Position numbers and translations under genes: made by a program
Part shown: piece after piece, positions 36,221 through 44,996 of the stretch
Position numbering within the stretch: position 1 is the stretch's first letter
Layout: the number at the start of each line of letters is the position of its first letter
The notes under the pieces: generated by a model
What the model saw: the letters and a program-made list of their open reading frames with translations, nothing else
Told to the model about the DNA's origin: nothing
The model's database searches: none
Origin: Armatimonadota bacterium
Lineage (GTDB): Bacteria > Armatimonadota > UBA5829 > DTLH01
Length of the DNA: 64,000 nt
Direction of reading: 5' to 3'
Assembly (NCBI GenBank): GCA_039679675.1
Contig: JBDKUN010000030.1
Coordinates: forward strand, 743-64,742

Positions 36221-38683
36221 ATGAATACTACACTGCATCTCCTTATTATTGAAGACTCGGAAGAAGAAGCTCTGCGGATAGTGCGCGAACTGGAACGCGG
36301 AGGCTATAGCGTCGTATTCGAGCGAGTGGACACACCTGAGGTTATGTCTGCCGCGCTTGTCAACAGGTTCTGGGATGTAATTGTCGCTGGTTACAAAATG
36401 CCGCGTTTCAATGGGCTGGAGGCGCTGAAACTTCTAAGAAAAAAAGGGTTCCACCAACCGTTCATCCTGATCTCCGGCAAAATCGGGGAAGATGCTGTCG
36501 CGGAAGCATTGAAATCGGGCGCTGATGACTATATAAACAGAGATAATCTGGCACAATTGGCTCCTACTGTCCAGCGAGTGATAAATGAGGCAATGCGCCG
36601 GGAAGAGCACCTACAGGCGGATAATGAACTCAGGCAAAGCGAACGTTTACACAGGCAGATCATCGAGACTGCGCTTGAAGGCGTGTGGTTACTGGATTCG
36701 AATTGGAAAACCGCATTTCTGAACAAACGTGTGGCTGAAATGCTCGGCTACACGATGCAGGAATTGATGGATTACACTGTTTTTGATTTCGTATACGAAG
36801 CCGACCTGGAAAACGCAAAGAATTACTATGAGCGGCGCAAACAGGGTATCGCCGAGGTATTCGATTTCCGTTTCCGCCGCAAAGACGGCTCTGAACTATG
36901 GACACTGATCTCCACAACGCCGGTGTTCGACGATTCAGGCAACTTCGCGGGATCACTCGCAATGCTCACAGACATAACCGACCGTAAACATGCCGAAAAA
37001 GAGCGCGAGGAAGCGGAAGTCAAATACCAAATACTGGCAGAAGAATCACTGCTTGGAGTATATATCATACAAGATAGGAAATTCGTCTACGTGAACCCCC
37101 GCTTAGCTGAAATGACCGGTTACACACGTGAGGAGCTTACCGGCAAAATGTCTCCACTGGACATCGCCACTCCTGAAAGCCGAAAACTTGTCGAGGAGAA
37201 TTTACAGCAGCGTCTGGCAGGAGCAGCGAAAAGCATCCATTACAGCCTTAAAGCAATTCGCAAAGATGGTTCGCGGTTCGACATGGAGGTCATCGGATCG
37301 CGTGCCATGTACATGGGAAAACCTGCAATTCTCGGATCCGTCCTCGACATCACAGAGCGCAAACAAGCCGAAGAAGCCCTCGATGAAGAACGAAAGCTCT
37401 TTGCAGCCGGGCCAACTGTGGTTTTCAAGTGGAGAAACGCGGAAGGTTGGCCGGTAGAATACGTCTCCCCAAACATCAAGAGCCAGTTCGGCTATGATCC
37501 TGAAGATCTAGCCAGCGGTAAAATCAGCTATTCATCGTTAATTCACCCTGATGACCTGTTTCGAGTAGCAATGGAAGTGATGTCCCACAGTAAGTCCGGC
37601 GAACCCTACTTCGAGCAGGAATACCGGATTCTTCGCTCAGATGGTGAATATCGGTGGCTGCATGACTTTACGCTGGTAGTAAGGAATTCCAGTGGAGATA
37701 TTACACACTATCACGGCTATGTAGTGGATATGACCGACCGCAAGCATGCCGAAGAAGAACTGAAAGAAGCCGAAGCTAAATACCGGATACTGGCTGAGGA
37801 GTCATTGGTCGGCGTTTACATCATCCAGAACGATAAATTCGTCTATGTGAACCCTCGCTTTGCCGAAATGCTTGGCTACACACGTGAAGAGATTGTCGAT
37901 AAGGTATCTCCGCTAGATATTGTTTCTCCCGAAGATCGGGCTACAGTCGCTGAGAACATACGCCGCCGTATGGCAGGAGAAATAGAAAGCGTCCACTACA
38001 CACTCAAATGGCTGCGTAAGGATGGCACGACTGTAGACGGAGAAGTAATCGGCACTCTTGCAACATATAGGGGAAAACCGGCAATCATCGGGCTGTTCAT
38101 AGACATCACTGAGCGAGTAAGGGCCGAGGAAAGACGTCTGGAACTCGAAAACCAGCAAAGGCAGTTCTACAGGCAGACCATCCTGTCAGCCACCGGCGGA
38201 AAACTCATCATATCAGAGCCGTATGAGATCTCAGAGCTTGACCGGTACGTTACCAAAACCTATCCGCTCCGAACACCTGCCGATCTGGAAGCCATACGCG
38301 TAGAAACTAGGAATACAGCAATGTCTTACGGCATGTCTGAATCGAGAGCAGGAAATTTCGCCCTATGTGTAGGAGAGGCAGCAACCAATGCACTGAAACA
38401 TGCCGGTGGTGGAGAGGTAATGCTGATTCACCGGGACGATAGGATCCTGGCCCGCGTCAGTGACCATGGCCACGGAATGGATGCGCTGATCCTGCCGCTC
38501 GTGACACTGGAGCGAGGTTATTCCACTACCAAGTCGCTCGGTATGGGTTATGCGATCATCCTCAGCATAGCTGACCATGTTTTTCTGAACACCGGGCCTT
38601 TGGGGACTAATGTAGTGATAGAAATGGACATTAAGCCCAAACCCCCGGTATCGCTCATCGAAGCACTACCCGATACATGGTAA
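36221..38683 (+). CDS. Hybrid signalling protein: response-regulator receiver + 4 PAS domains + C-terminal RsbW/SpoIIAB-like GHKL ATPase (HATPase_c_2), no HisKA domain
   Basis: Preferred start MNTTLHLLIIEDSEEEALRI (receiver; D in IVAGYKMP). Four PAS blocks, two nearly identical (KHAEKEREEAEVKYQILAEESLLGVYII... and KHAEEELKEAEAKYRILAEESLVGVYII...). C-terminal GEAATNALKHAGGGEVMLIHRDD...DHGHGMD. Confidence 0.75.
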   Translation: MNTTLHLLIIEDSEEEALRIVRELERGGYSVVFERVDTPEVMSAALVNRFWDVIVAGYKMPRFNGLEALKLLRKKGFHQPFILISGKIGEDAVAEALKSGADDYINRDNLAQLAPTVQRVINEAMRREEHLQADNELRQSERLHRQIIETALEGVWLLDSNWKTAFLNKRVAEMLGYTMQELMDYTVFDFVYEADLENAKNYYERRKQGIAEVFDFRFRRKDGSELWTLISTTPVFDDSGNFAGSLAMLTDITDRKHAEKEREEAEVKYQILAEESLLGVYIIQDRKFVYVNPRLAEMTGYTREELTGKMSPLDIATPESRKLVEENLQQRLAGAAKSIHYSLKAIRKDGSRFDMEVIGSRAMYMGKPAILGSVLDITERKQAEEALDEERKLFAAGPTVVFKWRNAEGWPVEYVSPNIKSQFGYDPEDLASGKISYSSLIHPDDLFRVAMEVMSHSKSGEPYFEQEYRILRSDGEYRWLHDFTLVVRNSSGDITHYHGYVVDMTDRKHAEEELKEAEAKYRILAEESLVGVYIIQNDKFVYVNPRFAEMLGYTREEIVDKVSPLDIVSPEDRATVAENIRRRMAGEIESVHYTLKWLRKDGTTVDGEVIGTLATYRGKPAIIGLFIDITERVRAEERRLELENQQRQFYRQTILSATGGKLIISEPYEISELDRYVTKTYPLRTPADLEAIRVETRNTAMSYGMSESRAGNFALCVGEAATNALKHAGGGEVMLIHRDDRILARVSDHGHGMDALILPLVTLERGYSTTKSLGMGYAIILSIADHVFLNTGPLGTNVVIEMDIKPKPPVSLIEALPDTW

Positions 38684-38752
38684 TTACCCGTTTGAATGCC
38701 GGTCCGGCAGGGCAAAAGAAAGTGGGTTGCGCTGGAGTTGGAGGGGTTCGAA

Positions 38753-39616
38753 ATGCGGCGCATAGAAACACTGGAGGAAGGACAGGCGCATGGGCGGCTA
38801 AAAACTATATACGGAGAAATCCAACGTGATTTCAGTTCACCCTTTGTCGGCTCCATATTCAGGGCATTGGCGACGCAGCCAGGGTTATTGGAGGCAATCT
38901 GGCCGCAGCTCCAACCTGATGTGACAACACAGGCATTCGCCGATCTTGCGAGCCGCATAAGACAGCGGGCGGATACAATTGCCGGGCTGACGTTCGATCT
39001 CGACGATCTATATACATGGCTCCATGACCACAGATTTACCAGAGAGGATATCAGGCGCATTCTTTATGTCCTCGAAGTGCTGCACTATGTAAACCCGAAG
39101 CTGATGCTGGCAACAGCTGCACTTACGGTCTCGGTGACAGGAATCGAAACTTCCGGCATTAATCGATACAGGGCAACGCGGATCACAAAGGAAGAACCTG
39201 AGTATCCGAACAAAATTCCACAGGTCATGTTCGAACAGGCTTCGAACGGCATAAAAGAGGATTATTATGACATTTCGGATGTGATGGGAATACCGGTCAT
39301 CCCGGACGATTTTCAGGCGTTGGCTGAGTGGCCTCCGTTCCTGCACCGGGTTTGGAGCATGCTGAAACCTGGGATGCGATCGACAACCCTGCTCAATGAG
39401 GCCCAAGGCATCTCGCAGTCTGCCCTGGAACTGGCGCAGGAACTACCGAACCCTGTATCAATTGACTATCCCGACCAACAACATGTCCGGCAGCTGTTCG
39501 AGACGTTCCTCAGCCTGTATGCACGTATAATGGTCGGCATCTCAGCGGTCCGCTGGACGATGATCGAGGGGCAGCAGAATGCTCGAATCGCCGGCTGGGC
39601 TGTCGGGGCGGAGTAG
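38753..39616 (+). CDS. Hypothetical protein (DehI-like / AhpD-like helical fold suspected)
   Basis: ORF 38696..39616; start chosen at ATG 38753 after GGAGG; RLKTIYGEIQRDFSSPFVGSIFRALATQPGLLEAIW resembles halocarboxylic acid dehydrogenase DehI-type repeats. Weak. Confidence 0.4.
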   Translation: MRRIETLEEGQAHGRLKTIYGEIQRDFSSPFVGSIFRALATQPGLLEAIWPQLQPDVTTQAFADLASRIRQRADTIAGLTFDLDDLYTWLHDHRFTREDIRRILYVLEVLHYVNPKLMLATAALTVSVTGIETSGINRYRATRITKEEPEYPNKIPQVMFEQASNGIKEDYYDISDVMGIPVIPDDFQALAEWPPFLHRVWSMLKPGMRSTTLLNEAQGISQSALELAQELPNPVSIDYPDQQHVRQLFETFLSLYARIMVGISAVRWTMIEGQQNARIAGWAVGAE

Positions 39617-39972
39617 TTTTTGAGCAATCAGCTTTCAGCCGTCAGCTATCAGTGAAAAAGAACCATGCTCGGGAGGAATTTTGTTGTGCTGCGAGAATGG
39701 CAGATTTGGTGGATGTCGTGCTTCTCCCCGTGGTCCGGTAGGTCCACAGCTACTACCCCCGTGGTCCGGTAGGTCCACGGGGTAACTGCGGTCCCGAAGC
39801 ACAAAATATCCTGGACTCTTGCTCGGTAGGGGTTTGTAATCCCTACCGGATAGGCAAATGAGGCATCTCTGATGCAGGGTGATCGATTATAGTCGAATAA
39901 CCGGGATCTATAGATCCCTATCCGGCCATTCCGGGCTGCATTTCAAATACAGCCCGAGTAATCTATTCCCTG

Positions 39973-41022
39973 TCACCTGTTCCCTCTTTTCAACGAATGT
40001 CCTTTGCCGGTTGCCACAGTCCGGCCTACAGAGAGGATTCGGGCGGTGAGACACGAGCCGCATTTTTCAGGGTCTTCCGTGATACACCGCTTATTCGGAT
40101 AGATTTCGTAGTCCACACGGTAGACAAGCGGAGTGTGGTTCGGCATCACGACATTTGCCCCGGCCTGAAGCGCCTTTTCCCTGCCGAACTCGTCGACCGA
40201 CCCTGCGGCCGTAGTTGCAGGGAGGAGCGCGTTTCGCGTAACAATTCTGGCGAGAGCGACCATCCTGAGCGCCATTTCAAGCGAACCCTGAGCCGCACAC
40301 CCAAGCGGAGTATCGGGATGAGGGATAAACGGCCCGATTCCGGCCATATCGACATCGAGTTCTTTAAAGAGCAGAATATCATTCGCCATATCTTCGACTG
40401 TCTGGCCCGGAAGCCCGACCATACAGCCCGCTCCTATCTGATAACCAAGCCTCTTCAGCTCACGAAGGCATCCCAGCCGCTTCTCAAGAGTTGAGTCCGG
40501 GTGCATTTTCCTGAAAAGCTCCGGGTTGGATGTCTCATGGCGGAGCAAATAGCGGTCTGCCCCAGCCTCTTTCCAGAGCGCATAGTCATCGAACGGCCGC
40601 TCACCAAGGCAAAGAGTCACTGCAATGTCCGCGACGGACTTTATCCTCCGGACTATGTCCGCAACGACTTCCCTGGTGAAGCTCAAATCCTCGCCGGACT
40701 GGAGAACGATGGTTTGAATCTTCTTAGCCGAGAGCTTTACAGCCATTTCGACTATTTCGTCCGGGGTCATCCTGTAGCGGTTGACCGACTTGTTCGATCT
40801 CCTTAGCCCGCAGTAGAGGCAGTCGTTTTTGCATATATTCGAGAACTCGATCAGCCCACGAATATGGACATCATCGCCGCAGTACCGCTTTCTGACCTCG
40901 TCGGCGGCTGCAATCAGCCGCGCAACATCAGCCTCATCCTTAAGCGACAACAAAAAGATAATCTCGTCCCGGTTAAGATCGCCGGACTCTATGCATTTGG
41001 TTAATAAGTTATCTAGATTCAT
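39973..41022 (-). CDS. hydE: [FeFe]-hydrogenase maturase HydE (radical SAM)
   Basis: VHIRGLIEFSNICKNDCLYCGLRRSN...YRMTPDEIVE...IVLQSGED...GADRYLLRHET...GAGCMVGLPGQT...GIGPFIPHPDTPL closely matches conserved HydE blocks; 349 aa. Confidence 0.8.
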   Translation of the reverse strand: MNLDNLLTKCIESGDLNRDEIIFLLSLKDEADVARLIAAADEVRKRYCGDDVHIRGLIEFSNICKNDCLYCGLRRSNKSVNRYRMTPDEIVEMAVKLSAKKIQTIVLQSGEDLSFTREVVADIVRRIKSVADIAVTLCLGERPFDDYALWKEAGADRYLLRHETSNPELFRKMHPDSTLEKRLGCLRELKRLGYQIGAGCMVGLPGQTVEDMANDILLFKELDVDMAGIGPFIPHPDTPLGCAAQGSLEMALRMVALARIVTRNALLPATTAAGSVDEFGREKALQAGANVVMPNHTPLVYRVDYEIYPNKRCITEDPEKCGSCLTARILSVGRTVATGKGHSLKRGNR

Positions 41023-41098
41023 AGTTAGTTAGGGAACAGGTGACAGGGAAGAGGGAATAGAAAAGCTGTCAGCAAAGGCGTCACCATGAACAGACCGA

Positions 41099-41126
41099 CG
41101 TCACCCTGAACTTGATTCAGGGTCCA
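41099..41126. repeat. 28-bp hairpin repeat, copy 2
   Basis: Exact copy of 19302-19329 in the hydG-hydE spacer; also preceded by gcgtcaccatgaacaga / cgacgtcaccctgaac units. Confidence 0.8.
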
Positions 41127-41311
41127 TTTTTTCCTGGATGCTGAGTCAAGCTCAGCATGACGTTGTATCCAATGCTTCGAGTAGCACCCTATGCTTCGGG
41201 ATTCTTTTCTTCCCGAAGCACGAGTCTCCACTAATCCGTAGAGCTGGCTTGACGTTGTTACCTATCGAATCTCCATCAATCCCATCCCTGAATCCTGTAT
41301 CCTGTATCCTC

Positions 41312-42703
41312 TCACACATACACATCCCGCTTGCCGGATTCCACTTCGGCAAGGAGTGTTCTGATCCTCTCCTTGATGGTCGGCTCAAGCATTTCGAGCC
41401 GCTCTGCAATGGTTTTTTCGCCTTCGACGCGGGTGGCCTGGTCGGCATAGTCGATCAGATATTCCTTAAATGAAAGGAGCGCATCAGGCTCGCACATCTT
41501 GTGAATATCGCCGTGCTTTGCGAGCTTCATAAACCTTCCGCTGGTCCTTTTGCTCCGATAGCAGGCTGTGCAGAAGCTCGGAATACAGCCTTCATGACAC
41601 ATCCGGCGTGTCATCTCAGCAAGACTTCTCGTGTCTCCAGTTGGAAACTGCTCCGTCTCTGGATGATGGGCTTTCGCGTATCCGCCACCAGCGCTTGTCT
41701 GGGAGACTCCAAGGTCATACAGCTGGTTTCTGAGCTCCGGACTCTCTCTGGTCGGAAGAATAATCTCCGTATATGGGACAGCCAGCCTGAGGAGCGCCGC
41801 TATCCGCTTCATGTCTTCGCATGTAAGGGTAAACGGCGGGTTTTCGGCAGCGGGAGCGTTCGATTCAGGTTCCAGTCTCGAAATTGAAATGCTATGCGGG
41901 CCGATTCCGAACTTGGAGTCCAGATGTTCTGCGTGCATGAGAGTTGCCATCAACTCGAACTTCCAGTCGAAAAGCCCGAAGAGCGGGCCTATGCCTACAT
42001 TTTCGAGCCCAGCATCCATTGCCCTGTCCGCCGCCTCGATGCGCCAGTTGTAGAACCGCTTTGGACCGGACGGGTGCATCTGTCTGTAAGTTTCTCTGTA
42101 GTAGGTCTCCTGGAAAATCTGGTAGGTGCCGATTTTTGCGGCTTTCAGCCTTCTGAACTCCTCAGCTGATAATGGGGCGCAGTTGACGTTGACTCTTCGG
42201 ATTGATGCTTTACCGGAACGGGTCCGGTAGATGGCTGCAACGGCTTTTTCGATGTAATCTATGCCAGCCAGTCTTGGATTCTCTCCAACAACGACGAGGA
42301 TTCTTTTGTGTCCTTGATTGAGAATGTTTTTCGTCTCATTCTCGATCTCTTCTTCGGTCAAAACTTTACGGACGATGTCTTTGTTGTCTTTTCTGAAGCT
42401 GCAATAAAGGCAGTTGTTTACGCAGGTATTGGAAGCATAAAGCGGTGCGAAAAAGACCATTCTCGACCCATAAATGCGTTCTTTTACTGAGTGGGCTGCC
42501 TCAAAGACGGCATCCCGCACCTCTGGATCGTTATTCATAAGCAGCACTGCAAGTTCATCAGGCGAAAGCCCTGCAAAGGACTTCGACTTTTCGACAATAT
42601 CCAGCGATTGCGCTTTGGAGGCGGTTTTCGCTTGTTTTAGTGAATTTAGAATCTCTTCTTCGTCTATATACCCTGTGTCCCTGACTATTCTCCGGCTAAC
42701 CAT
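41312..42703 (-). CDS. hydG: [FeFe]-hydrogenase maturase HydG (radical SAM, ThiH-like with C-terminal auxiliary-cluster motif)
   Basis: CVNNCLYCSFRKDN radical SAM motif near residue 95; 463 aa; C-terminal CHEGCIPSFCTACY...C cysteine cluster consistent with HydG rather than ThiH. Confidence 0.7.
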   Translation of the reverse strand: MVSRRIVRDTGYIDEEEILNSLKQAKTASKAQSLDIVEKSKSFAGLSPDELAVLLMNNDPEVRDAVFEAAHSVKERIYGSRMVFFAPLYASNTCVNNCLYCSFRKDNKDIVRKVLTEEEIENETKNILNQGHKRILVVVGENPRLAGIDYIEKAVAAIYRTRSGKASIRRVNVNCAPLSAEEFRRLKAAKIGTYQIFQETYYRETYRQMHPSGPKRFYNWRIEAADRAMDAGLENVGIGPLFGLFDWKFELMATLMHAEHLDSKFGIGPHSISISRLEPESNAPAAENPPFTLTCEDMKRIAALLRLAVPYTEIILPTRESPELRNQLYDLGVSQTSAGGGYAKAHHPETEQFPTGDTRSLAEMTRRMCHEGCIPSFCTACYRSKRTSGRFMKLAKHGDIHKMCEPDALLSFKEYLIDYADQATRVEGEKTIAERLEMLEPTIKERIRTLLAEVESGKRDVYV

Positions 42704-42796
42704 CCATTCATTCCTTAACTAACAAGCTCTACATATAGTTTCCCACAGGCCGCTTCTGCTAAAAACTGAAGTTTGTGAATTTTCGTGCAATCAAAT

Positions 42797-42825
42797 TTTA
42801 TCATACATTGCACCTTACGTCGAGA
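42797..42825. promoter_or_regulatory. Candidate operator: 7-bp inverted repeat GTGCAAT-N15-ATTGCAC upstream of nanA-like/sialidase genes
   Basis: gtgcaatcaaattttatcatacattgcac; perfect arms, AT-rich centre containing tatcat, about 95 nt upstream of ATG 42918. Confidence 0.35.
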
Positions 42826-42917
42826 ATAGGATTTTGGGATGATAATAAAGAATCCTCCAGCTATTCCTTTGCATACAGAAAATGATAGAATGCAGCATCA
42901 ATAGCAGGAGAGCAAAG

Positions 42918-43817
42918 ATGTTAAGAAGTAAACTTGAAGGCGTAATTGTTCCGGTAATAACGCCTGTGGATGACAGAGACCGAGTGGATGAATCGGCATT
43001 CAGGCAGGTAATACGATACGTGCTTGGTGCAGGTGTAGACGGTATGTTCGTAGGAGGTTCAGCCGGGGAGGGACCTCTTCTCACCGCAGACCAGTGGGAT
43101 AGAATGATAGAAATAGCCATCGATGAGGCGGGAGAGGATACTTACCTTCTTGGAGGGGCTATTGATACTTCAACAGAAAGAGTCCTGGGCAAAATACGGC
43201 AACTGAAGGAAGCCGGTTACCACAACATAGTAGTCGCTCCTACTTTTTATACATCCATCAAAACGCCGGATGAGCATTTACGGCTTTTCGGAGCAGCAAA
43301 AGAAGCATGCGGAGATTCCGAGCTTATTGCTTATAATATCCCATCCTGCACAGGATCAGAGATAGCTGTAGATACAATGTGTGAGATGGCAAAGCGAGGC
43401 TGGATACAATATTGCAAAGAGAGTTCCGGCAATCTCGATTACTTCCGGCGGCTGCTCGAACAGGGAAAAGAAGCCGGACTGGAAGCATTCATGGGTGATG
43501 AGGCAGGCATCTCGGAAGGACTGCTTATGGGAGCTTGCGGGGTTGTTCCTGTGTGCGCCAACTACGAGCCCGAGACATTTATCAAAGCTTACAAGGCCGG
43601 TATACAGGGAAACCAGGATGAGCTCAGGCAACTGCAGCAGAGAATAGACTATCTCCGGCAAAGACTTCCTCTTGCAGGACCCTGCTGGATCGCCGGCGTG
43701 AAGTACGCTGTCGCAAGCCTGGGCATAGGTTCGGGAAAACCAGTCTCACCGCTGCAGCCCCTTGATGACCGGCAGAAGGCCCAAATAGACGAGCTGACTG
43801 CCGCCAGGTTACGCTAA
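42918..43817 (+). CDS. DapA/NanA-family aldolase (probable N-acetylneuraminate lyase)
   Basis: DHDPS family motifs (VPVITPVDD..., GMFVGGSAGEGPLLT, YNIPSCTG); directly upstream of the sialidase. Start moved to MLRSKLEG. Confidence 0.65.
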   Translation: MLRSKLEGVIVPVITPVDDRDRVDESAFRQVIRYVLGAGVDGMFVGGSAGEGPLLTADQWDRMIEIAIDEAGEDTYLLGGAIDTSTERVLGKIRQLKEAGYHNIVVAPTFYTSIKTPDEHLRLFGAAKEACGDSELIAYNIPSCTGSEIAVDTMCEMAKRGWIQYCKESSGNLDYFRRLLEQGKEAGLEAFMGDEAGISEGLLMGACGVVPVCANYEPETFIKAYKAGIQGNQDELRQLQQRIDYLRQRLPLAGPCWIAGVKYAVASLGIGSGKPVSPLQPLDDRQKAQIDELTAARLR

Positions 43818-43829
43818 CAGGAGAAACGG

Positions 43830-44906
43830 ATGACCGGTTCAAACATCAAAATCGAGCAGCTCGACCTGTTCGTAAACGGCGAGGGAGGCTACAATACCTA
43901 CAGGATTCCAGCCATTATCACAACCACCAATGGGACAATGCTTGCTTTTTGTGAAGGCAGGAAGCATGGCGCCGATGATTTCGGAGAAATAGACATTCTG
44001 CTCAGACGCAGCACTGACGGAGGCAAAACCTGGAGCAAATTCCAGACCGTTGCATCAGAAAAAGGCATGACTTGCGGCAATCCATGCCCTGTAGTGGATG
44101 CAAGCGACGGCACAGTCTGGCTTCCATTCTGTAAAAACCTCGCGGACGGGCCGGAAGAGATGATACTCCGGGGCGAGGCGCCGCGTACCGTCTGGATTAC
44201 CAAATCTACAGATGACGGCCTTGCTTGGAGCCAGCCGATAGAGATAACCGGACAAACCAAACTACCTGACTGGACATGGTATGCTACCGGACCATGCCAC
44301 GGCATCCAACTGAGAGACGGACGGTTGGTTATCCCTTGTGATCATGTTGTTGGAAACACTCCTCGCTACCATTCGCACGTAATACTGAGCGACGACCATG
44401 GCAAAAGCTGGAGGATCGGCGGTATAGTGGATGAAGGCACCAACGAATCTGCTGTAGTCGAAACGGAAGACGGAGCAGTATACATCAACTGTAGAAATTT
44501 TGGAGAACCGCCACAGAAACGCGCTTACGCATGGAGTCATGACGGAGGAGAGACCTTCTGTGAGGTTGCGAGAGATGAAACACTGATAGAACCGGTATGC
44601 CAGGCCGGCCTTGCCAGATTTACGAGCAGAACAAGGCACAGCTGGAACCGGGTTCTTTTTTCCAACCCTGCAAACGGTGTAAGGGTGAATATGACGGTCA
44701 GGATGAGCTATGATGAGTGCAGGACATGGCCTGTCGCAAAGGCTCTTTACTCCGGGGCGTCGTCTTATTCCGACATAGCTATCGCCCCCGACATGACCAT
44801 TTGCTGCATATATGAAAACGGCGAAATCTACCCATGTGAGCGGCTGACTCTTGCACGCTTCAACGTCGAGTGGCTGACAGACGGCAAAGATACGATTGAA
44901 GGGTAG
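43830..44906 (+). CDS. Exo-alpha-sialidase (GH33)
   Basis: YRIP (FRIP-type) motif at N-terminus plus three Asp-boxes (STDGGKTWS, SDDHGKSW, SHDGGETF). Confidence 0.85.
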   Translation: MTGSNIKIEQLDLFVNGEGGYNTYRIPAIITTTNGTMLAFCEGRKHGADDFGEIDILLRRSTDGGKTWSKFQTVASEKGMTCGNPCPVVDASDGTVWLPFCKNLADGPEEMILRGEAPRTVWITKSTDDGLAWSQPIEITGQTKLPDWTWYATGPCHGIQLRDGRLVIPCDHVVGNTPRYHSHVILSDDHGKSWRIGGIVDEGTNESAVVETEDGAVYINCRNFGEPPQKRAYAWSHDGGETFCEVARDETLIEPVCQAGLARFTSRTRHSWNRVLFSNPANGVRVNMTVRMSYDECRTWPVAKALYSGASSYSDIAIAPDMTICCIYENGEIYPCERLTLARFNVEWLTDGKDTIEG

Positions 44907-44952
44907 AATTAGCCGGAATCATCATCCAACAAGCAGGTTATTGCGGTAAAAT

Positions 44953-44986
44953 GCAGTCTCGGCGCATGCACTCGCGCCGAGACTGC
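44953..44986. terminator. GC-rich perfect hairpin between convergent genes (bidirectional terminator candidate)
   Basis: gcagtctcggcgc-atgcactc-gcgccgagactgc, 13-bp perfect stem; lies between the sialidase stop (44906) and the stop of the minus-strand gene at 44997. No strong U-run. Confidence 0.45.
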
Positions 44987-44996
44987 TCAAAGTTCT

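Noticed and set aside
41099-41135. + strand rho-independent terminator (hairpin plus T6) in the hydG-hydE spacer
   Set aside because: Both neighbouring genes are on the minus strand, so a + strand terminator has no gene to terminate. It is interpreted as part of the palindromic repeat element.
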